Source: Coriobacteriia bacterium
Lineage (GTDB): Bacteria; Actinomycetota; Coriobacteriia; Anaerosomatales; PALSA-660
Reading direction: 5' to 3'
Assembly: GCA_030651905.1 (NCBI GenBank)
Contig: JAUSBS010000065.1
Location: forward strand, 1-61,514
Length of the DNA stretch: 61,514 nucleotides
Below the pieces are notes generated by a model. It was not told the origin of the DNA and did not search any database. It saw nothing but the letters and a program-made list of their open reading frames with translations. Positions within the stretch are counted from its first letter, which is position 1, and every line of letters starts with the position of its first letter. Positions 56,427 to 61,514 of this stretch are shown piece by piece. The position numbers and the translations under genes are program-made.

Positions 56427-56810
56427 TTACCCCGCCCGCTTCACGAGGCGCACGAAGCAGGAGCCGTCGCGCTCGACGAGTTCGTACTCGTCGCACACGG
56501 ACTCCAGGATGAAGCGGGCGTAGCGGTCTCCCGCCTCGGCGGCGCCGTTGTCGTCGTCACATATCCCCGGCAAGGGGCCCAGGAGCAGCTCGACCGAGCC
56601 CTCCGCCAACGTGAACGAGAAGACGAGCTCTCCGAGGCTCACCCGCTCGCACGCGTAGACGAAGGCCTCCTCGACAGCGAGCTTCACGTCGTCGACATCA
56701 TCGATGTTCATGCCGGCGCGGACGGCGAGTTCCGCCGAGGCCAGTCGTATCATCCGCGCGAACTCGCCGCGCGCCGGGACGCTCAGCACGACGCGGTCGT
56801 TCTCAGTCAT
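56427..56810 (-). CDS. RsbW/SpoIIAB-like anti-sigma factor with degenerate ATP-binding motifs
   Basis: The start is set at ATG 56808-56810, 5 nt after GGAGG. VVLSVPARGEFARMIRLASAELAVRAGMNIDDVDDVKLAVEEAFVYA aligns by eye to the N-terminal half of RsbW. Confidence 0.55.
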   Translation of the reverse strand: MTENDRVVLSVPARGEFARMIRLASAELAVRAGMNIDDVDDVKLAVEEAFVYACERVSLGELVFSFTLAEGSVELLLGPLPGICDDDNGAAEAGDRYARFILESVCDEYELVERDGSCFVRLVKRAG

Positions 56811-56874
56811 GGTGCCTCCGTCGTCATCGTGTGCGTACTCACCGCGCAAGGTGTCATCGTTCGCCTTGACCGGG

Positions 56875-57234
56875 CTAGAGTCGTCTGCCCGTCAGGATGG
56901 AGAAGAAGCGTCGCGCCCGGTCTCCCAGTCCCGCCACGGCCGCAGCCGGCGCACCGACGATCTCCGATGCGGCTCTCGTCGTGGAGGTGACCCTGTCGGA
57001 GACCTCCTCGAGTTGCGTGACGAGTCCATCGACGCGGACCACCTCGACGTTGATCTCGTCGAGCGTGGTGCTCGCCTTGTCGATGAGAGGCGGGAGCTTC
57101 GCGTCCAAGTCCTCGAACAGCCGGGCCGCGGAGCGCGCCGTACGCGCGACCACCGTGAGGGCCCAGATCCCCGTGGCGCACAGCGCGATGAGGACGACGT
57201 AGAGCCCTGCCTCGAGCACTTGACGCGCATCCAT
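56875..57234 (-). CDS. DUF948-family membrane-anchored protein
   Basis: 119 aa with an N-terminal TM helix followed by a helical region (LFEDLDAKLPPLIDKASTTLDEIN). Confidence 0.55.
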   Translation of the reverse strand: MDARQVLEAGLYVVLIALCATGIWALTVVARTARSAARLFEDLDAKLPPLIDKASTTLDEINVEVVRVDGLVTQLEEVSDRVTSTTRAASEIVGAPAAAVAGLGDRARRFFSILTGRRL

Positions 57235-57335
57235 CTACACACAGCTCCCGATGTCGTCGCGCCTGGAGATCCGCCTGTCGAGTGTACCAGAGACACCGGC
57301 GACGCCTGCTTGGAGGGCGGCCTCGGTCGGGACCC

Positions 57336-58661
57336 TCAGGATGTGCCGTCGCCACGGTCGGGCCGCTCTCGCTCTCGCGCTGCTTCCCACCCTCGCTGCC
57401 CCGCACGGTAGAACCGTCCACGGTCGAGCCCGTCAGGCAGATAGCGCTGCTCGACCCATCCTCCGGGATAGGAGTGTGGGTAGAGGTAGCGACCGTACTT
57501 CTCCGAGCCCGGGCGGTGTCGATCGCGCAGGTGATCAGGGACCCGGCGGGCCGGACCCGTTCGGATCTCCTCGAGCGCGGCGTCGACGGCCGTTATCGCT
57601 GCGTTGCTCTTCGGAGCGAGCGCCATATAGATGACCGCCTGCGAGAGGTTGATGCGGCACTCGGGCCATCCGACCGACTCCGCGGCCTTGAATGCCGCGT
57701 GCGCAATCAGCAGCGCCTGCGGATCCGCATTACCCACATCCTCCGACGCGAAGATGAGCACCCTTCTCGCGATGAAGCGAGGGTCTTCGCCTCCATGCAC
57801 CATACGCGCGAGCCAGTAGACGGCCGCGTCCGGATCGCTGCCGCGCATCGACTTGATGAAAGCCGACGCGACGTCGAAGTGGACATCGCCGTCCTTGTCG
57901 TAGGACAGAAGACGGGTCGAACCCGCCTGCTCGAGCGCGGAGCGGTCGATCACGCTACCGGGTGCCGTCGCGGCTGCGAGCTCCTCGAGTCCGTTCAGCG
58001 CGACGCGTGCGTCCCCTCCGGCCGAGACGACGAGTGCCTCCGCGGCGTCTGCGGTCAGCGTCCACCGTCCCCCGAGTCCCCGCTCGGGATCCGTCAGAGC
58101 ACGGGTCACTATCTCCCGGACATCCTCATCGGCGAGAGGGAACATCTCGACGACGCGGGATCGGCTGATCAGTGGCGCGTTCACCTCGAACAGCGGGTTC
58201 TCGGTGGTCGCTCCGATCAGCACTACGAGCCGGTCCTCTACCGCGTGGAGCAGCGCATCCTGCTGCGACTTGCTGAACCGGTGGATCTCGTCTATGAAGA
58301 GGATCGTGCGCTGGCCCGAGAACGCGAGGCGCTGCTTCGCGGCGTCCATCGCCCGACGGAGATCGGCGACGCCCGACGTGACCGCCGAGACCTCGTCGAA
58401 AGCGGCCTTCGTCGCGTTGGCTATGACGCGAGCCAGACTGGTCTTCCCGCAGCCGGCCGGGCCGTACAGGATGAGCGAGGTCAGCTCGTCGTGCTCGATG
58501 GCGCGGCGCAGCGCGGTACCGGGCCCTACGGCGTGTGCCTGGCCGATGAACTCGTCGAGATCGCGAGGCCGCATGCGCGCGGCGAGCGGTGAGAGGCGCT
58601 TCAGCGCCTCGTCAGCGGCGTCGGAGAAGAGATCCAACCGGGAGACCTCGCGACCACTCAC
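57336..58661 (-). CDS. rarA: Replication-associated recombination protein A (AAA+)
   Basis: 441 aa: LILYGPAGCGKTSLA and ILFIDEIHRFSKSQQDALL. Confidence 0.9.
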   Translation of the reverse strand: MSGREVSRLDLFSDAADEALKRLSPLAARMRPRDLDEFIGQAHAVGPGTALRRAIEHDELTSLILYGPAGCGKTSLARVIANATKAAFDEVSAVTSGVADLRRAMDAAKQRLAFSGQRTILFIDEIHRFSKSQQDALLHAVEDRLVVLIGATTENPLFEVNAPLISRSRVVEMFPLADEDVREIVTRALTDPERGLGGRWTLTADAAEALVVSAGGDARVALNGLEELAAATAPGSVIDRSALEQAGSTRLLSYDKDGDVHFDVASAFIKSMRGSDPDAAVYWLARMVHGGEDPRFIARRVLIFASEDVGNADPQALLIAHAAFKAAESVGWPECRINLSQAVIYMALAPKSNAAITAVDAALEEIRTGPARRVPDHLRDRHRPGSEKYGRYLYPHSYPGGWVEQRYLPDGLDRGRFYRAGQRGWEAARERERPDRGDGTS

Positions 58662-59218
58662 TCGGTCGCGCGCAGCACCTCGCGCTCGAGGAGCACGCGG
58701 TCGGCGAAGCCGGTGAAGCGTCCCGTGACCCGACCAGCGCGATCGACGAACAAGGTGTAGGGCGTGTGCTTGATCCCGAGCAGGCCCGCCATGCTGAAGG
58801 CCTTCTGCGCCTCCGGATCGCTCGTCGCCTCGGGGGCTCCGATGCCGGCCTCGATGTCGTAGACGACCAGGTCGATCAGTCCGCGGTACTTGTCGACGAC
58901 CGCATCGACTTCCTCACGCTGACGGCTGGTGATGATCTGCGTGGAATCGTAGAAGAAGAGGAGCATCGGCTGCTTGGCCGTGAGGCGGTCGAGGATGGCT
59001 TGCGGGACCTGGGTCTTGTCCGTCGGGAACTGCTCGTTGGCCACGACCTCGTTCGGCGACTTCGTGTCCGATGCGTTCGTCGACGGAGCGGCGACTACCG
59101 CGGGCGGTGGCGTGGGCTCGGCGGTGTCCGTGGGCGTGGCCGCCGTATCTCCCCCACCACAGGCCGCGAGCGACGCGGCGACTGCGACCAGCACGAGTGC
59201 TGCGACTACTCTGCGCAT
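58658..59218 (-). CDS. Thioredoxin-fold lipoprotein lacking the CxxC motif
   Basis: The start is set at ATG 59216-59218, after a GGAGGGTGGAG SD. Lipobox VAASLAAC. The Trx-like body reads MLLFFYDSTQIITS where WCxxC would be expected. 4-nt overlap with rarA. Confidence 0.55.
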   Translation of the reverse strand: MRRVVAALVLVAVAASLAACGGGDTAATPTDTAEPTPPPAVVAAPSTNASDTKSPNEVVANEQFPTDKTQVPQAILDRLTAKQPMLLFFYDSTQIITSRQREEVDAVVDKYRGLIDLVVYDIEAGIGAPEATSDPEAQKAFSMAGLLGIKHTPYTLFVDRAGRVTGRFTGFADRVLLEREVLRATE

Positions 59219-59251
59219 GCTCCACCCTCCAACGTGCTCCGGCATGTTGCC

Positions 59252-59428
59252 GACTCTGCTTTGTCCGTGGCCCCGGCTGGTGAACCTGCCTCAGCAGGTG
59301 GGTGTCCGCACCCCGGCTTCGCGCTTCCTCAACGATGAAGGATACCGTTCGACCGGGCTGATATAGGACTCCCTGGAGCGAAATGTTGGTTCGACCGTTG
59401 AAGCCGGAGCCACGGACAAGGCAGAGTC
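59252..59428 (-). ncRNA. Candidate structured RNA (independent sRNA or 5' leader); class unknown, strand inferred
   Basis: The 27-nt arms at 59252-59278 and 59402-59428 are complementary at 25 of 27 positions. Internal hairpins are acctgc-ctca-gcaggt (59284-59299) and gggtg-tccg-caccc (59300-59313). A promoter-like motif lies just upstream on the minus strand. Confidence 0.35.
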
Positions 59429-59437
59429 TCTTCGGCT

Positions 59438-59466
59438 ATGGTAGCGCGCGCCCGCGGTGCGCACAA
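59438..59466 (-). promoter_or_regulatory. Candidate promoter TTGTGC-N17-TACCAT facing the structured element
   Basis: On the minus strand, TACCAT (59443-59438) ends 9 nt before the first base of the 27-bp helix. TTGTGC (59466-59461) lies exactly 17 nt upstream of it. Confidence 0.3.
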
Positions 59467-59514
59467 CGCGGCCGCCGAGTGGAGCATGGGTGGGCGCGAG
59501 GTGTCGCTCCCGGT

Positions 59515-61284
59515 CTACTCCGCCTTCAGCCGCACTTCGTGGAGTTGGCGCGCCGAGACGCTCGCGGGCGCGCCCGTGAGCGGACACCCGCCCGAGGACG
59601 TCTTCGGGAAGGCGATCACGTCCCGGATCGACGGCGCGCCCGCGAGGAGCATCACGAGCCTGTCGAGGCCGAGCGCGATCCCGCCGTGGGGCGGTGCGCC
59701 GTGCGCCAGAGCATCAAGAAGGAAGCCGAACTGCTCGCTCGCCTCCTCCTCACGCATGCCGAGCAGTGCCAAGACACGGGCCTGGACCTTCGGGTCATGG
59801 ATGCGCAATGTCCCCCCGCCGATCTCAAGACCGTTCATCACGAGGTCGTAGCTGTACGACAAGACGGCGCCCGGATCGGTCTCCATGGTGGCCGCGTGCT
59901 CATCGAAGGGACGGGTGAACGGATGGTGGTTCGCCGTCCAACGCGCCTCATCGGCATCCCACTTGAGCAGCGGGAAGTCGACGACCCACAGAGTCGAGAA
60001 GCCGACCCGTGGTACGTCGAGTTCGTCAGCCAGACGCAGCCTGATTGTTCCGAGGACCTCGTTCGCGAGAGCGTGTGTGTCGGCCACCATGCAGACGAGA
60101 TCACCCGGGCCGGCGTCGAGGGCGGCCTTCATACCCGCCACCTCGTCCTCGCTGAAGAACTTCGCCACCGGGCCCTTGACTTCACCCGCAGAGGTGAACG
60201 CGACCCATGCGAGTCCCTTCGCACCGTTGTCGAGGGCGAGCTGGTTCAGGGCGTCCATTCGTGAGCGCGGCCAGTCACCGGCACCCTTTGCGCACAGGCC
60301 CTTCACGCGCCCCCCGGACGCGAGCGCGCCGGAGAAGACCTTGAACCCGGAGGAGGCGAACACGTCCGACAGGCACACGAGCTCCATTCCGAACCGCGTG
60401 TCGGGCCGATCGGAGCCGAACCTGTCCATGGCCGCGGCCCACGTGATACGCGGCAACGGCACCGGCAGGCTATGGCCGGCCTCCTGCATGACCTCGTGCA
60501 TGACCTCCTCCATCATCGTCAGGATGTCGTCCTGACGGATGAAGGACATCTCGATGTCGACTTGCGTGAACTCCGGCTGCCGATCGGCACGGAGGTCTTC
60601 GTCCCGGAAGCACCGCGCGATCTGGTAGTACCGCTCGACGCCCGCGACCATGAGCAGTTGCTTGTAAAGCTGCGGCGACTGAGGGAGCGCATAGAACTCG
60701 CCCGGACTCATGCGGGACGGGACGAGGAAGTCGCGAGCGCCCTCCGGCGTCGACTTGCCCAGGATGGGAGTCTCGACCTCGATGAAGCCGCGATGCTCCA
60801 GGCTCTTGCGGAAGCGCTGGGTGACGCGGTCCCGCAGGACCATCGCGGCCAGGACCTCCGGACGCCTGATGTCTATGTAGCGGTACTTGAGCCGGGTGAT
60901 CTCGTCCGTCTCGATGCCGGCGTCTATCTCGAACGGAGGAGTGAGCGCCTCGTTGAGGACCGTCGCCTCGCTGACGACCACCTCGATCGCACCCGTCGGC
61001 ATGTGATCGTTCACGGTGCCCTCGGGACGTGCCCGTACGACGCCGACGAGGCTCACGACCCACTCGGGGCGGACCCGCTCAGCCGTGACGAACGCCTCAC
61101 CAGCGGTCTCCGGATCGAAGACGCACTGCACGATGCCGGAGCGATCGCGCAGGTCGATGAAGACGAGCCCCCCGTGGTCACGCCTGCGGTGGATCCAGCC
61201 GGCCAACACGACGGTGGCTCCGACGTTCTCCGGGCGCAGAGCACCGGAGACATGGGTCCGGGTGGAGTAGCGGGCGTCGAACAT
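59515..61284 (-). CDS. aspS: Aspartate--tRNA ligase
   Basis: 589 aa: [40 protein letters not shown] and GGIALGLDR. Confidence 0.95.
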   Translation of the reverse strand: MFDARYSTRTHVSGALRPENVGATVVLAGWIHRRRDHGGLVFIDLRDRSGIVQCVFDPETAGEAFVTAERVRPEWVVSLVGVVRARPEGTVNDHMPTGAIEVVVSEATVLNEALTPPFEIDAGIETDEITRLKYRYIDIRRPEVLAAMVLRDRVTQRFRKSLEHRGFIEVETPILGKSTPEGARDFLVPSRMSPGEFYALPQSPQLYKQLLMVAGVERYYQIARCFRDEDLRADRQPEFTQVDIEMSFIRQDDILTMMEEVMHEVMQEAGHSLPVPLPRITWAAAMDRFGSDRPDTRFGMELVCLSDVFASSGFKVFSGALASGGRVKGLCAKGAGDWPRSRMDALNQLALDNGAKGLAWVAFTSAGEVKGPVAKFFSEDEVAGMKAALDAGPGDLVCMVADTHALANEVLGTIRLRLADELDVPRVGFSTLWVVDFPLLKWDADEARWTANHHPFTRPFDEHAATMETDPGAVLSYSYDLVMNGLEIGGGTLRIHDPKVQARVLALLGMREEEASEQFGFLLDALAHGAPPHGGIALGLDRLVMLLAGAPSIRDVIAFPKTSSGGCPLTGAPASVSARQLHEVRLKAE

Positions 61285-61324
61285 AGGTTTCTGGCCTCTC
61301 GCGAGGCGGCCGATCGCTGAAGCG

Positions 61325-61514
61325 TCAGCCGCGAAGACGGTCGATGATGGTCGTGTCCAGGTCCCTGATCTCGACGCGTGACTCGGTACCCGCCGTCATG
61401 TCGCGAACGGTGACTTGCCCGGTCGCGATCTCGTCGGGGCCGACCACGACCACGAAGCGGGCTCCCAGGCGGTCCGCGGACTTGAACTGCGACTTGAGGC
61501 TACGGGCCTGGTGA
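61325..61514 (-). CDS. hisS: Histidine--tRNA ligase, 3' end (partial)
   Basis: Reverse translation gives ...[61 protein letters not shown], which is typical of the HisS anticodon-binding tail. It lies upstream of aspS, as in many Gram-positives. Confidence 0.75.
   Translation of the reverse strand, partial: HQARSLKSQFKSADRLGARFVVVVGPDEIATGQVTVRDMTAGTESRVEIRDLDTTIIDRLRG

Noticed and set aside
59284-59320. The words GGGGUGC, CUGAG and ACCUG in the minus-strand RNA, which resemble TPP riboswitch core elements.
   Set aside because: Their order and spacing do not fit the TPP aptamer architecture, and the downstream genes are unrelated to thiamine.
59252-59428. The 27-bp terminal inverted repeats interpreted as a MITE.
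   Set aside because: There are no flanking target-site duplications and no second copy in 61 kb, and a promoter-like motif is positioned to start transcription at the helix. This cannot be fully excluded without the whole genome.

Overview
GC-rich chromosomal segment, transcribed almost entirely on the minus strand; only murJ and a GT-A glycosyltransferase are on the plus strand. All calls come from reading the supplied ORF translations and the DNA by eye. No database search or computation was run. I saw no rRNA or tRNA genes, CRISPR array, transposase, integrase cassette or prophage. Most of the window is core housekeeping. The gene order mixes an Actinomycetota-type block (tlyA-nadK-recN-steA-mctB-like ... 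pyrG ... xerD) with a Bacillus/Clostridia-type block (hisS-aspS ... rarA ... alaS-ruvX-mltG ... yqeG-aroE ... aroC-aroK-aroB-aroQ-pepP-efp ... asp23-nusB-xseB-dxs-tlyA). The accessory-looking part is a complete monoderm-style type IV pilus locus (31.5-46.4 kb) wedged between aroE and aroC. Its order is pilB paralogue, then [Roadblock/LC7 protein, PATAN/DUF4388 protein, small Ras-like GTPase, (EP)n membrane tether], then pilB-pilT-pilC-pilin-pilD-pilM-pilN-pilO-PilP-like. The four-gene GTPase cassette between the two PilB motors is my top candidate for an undescribed regulatory system. Other items worth a second look: (1) a ~176-nt structured element closed by a 27-bp helix, with its own promoter-like motif, between aspS and a CxxC-less thioredoxin-fold lipoprotein gene; (2) an envelope module (MraY/WecA-like transferase, a 764-aa unknown membrane protein, MurJ, GT-A) inserted into the conserved pyrG-mctB synteny; (3) a degenerate RsbW-like anti-sigma factor; (4) a two-subunit pyruvate carboxylase in the slot where Bacillus has accB-accC; (5) an xseB gene with no xseA. 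Many track ORFs are antisense or alternative-frame shadows typical of high-GC DNA and were rejected. Several start codons were moved downstream of the track's longest-ORF start, on the basis of gene junctions and Shine-Dalgarno motifs.
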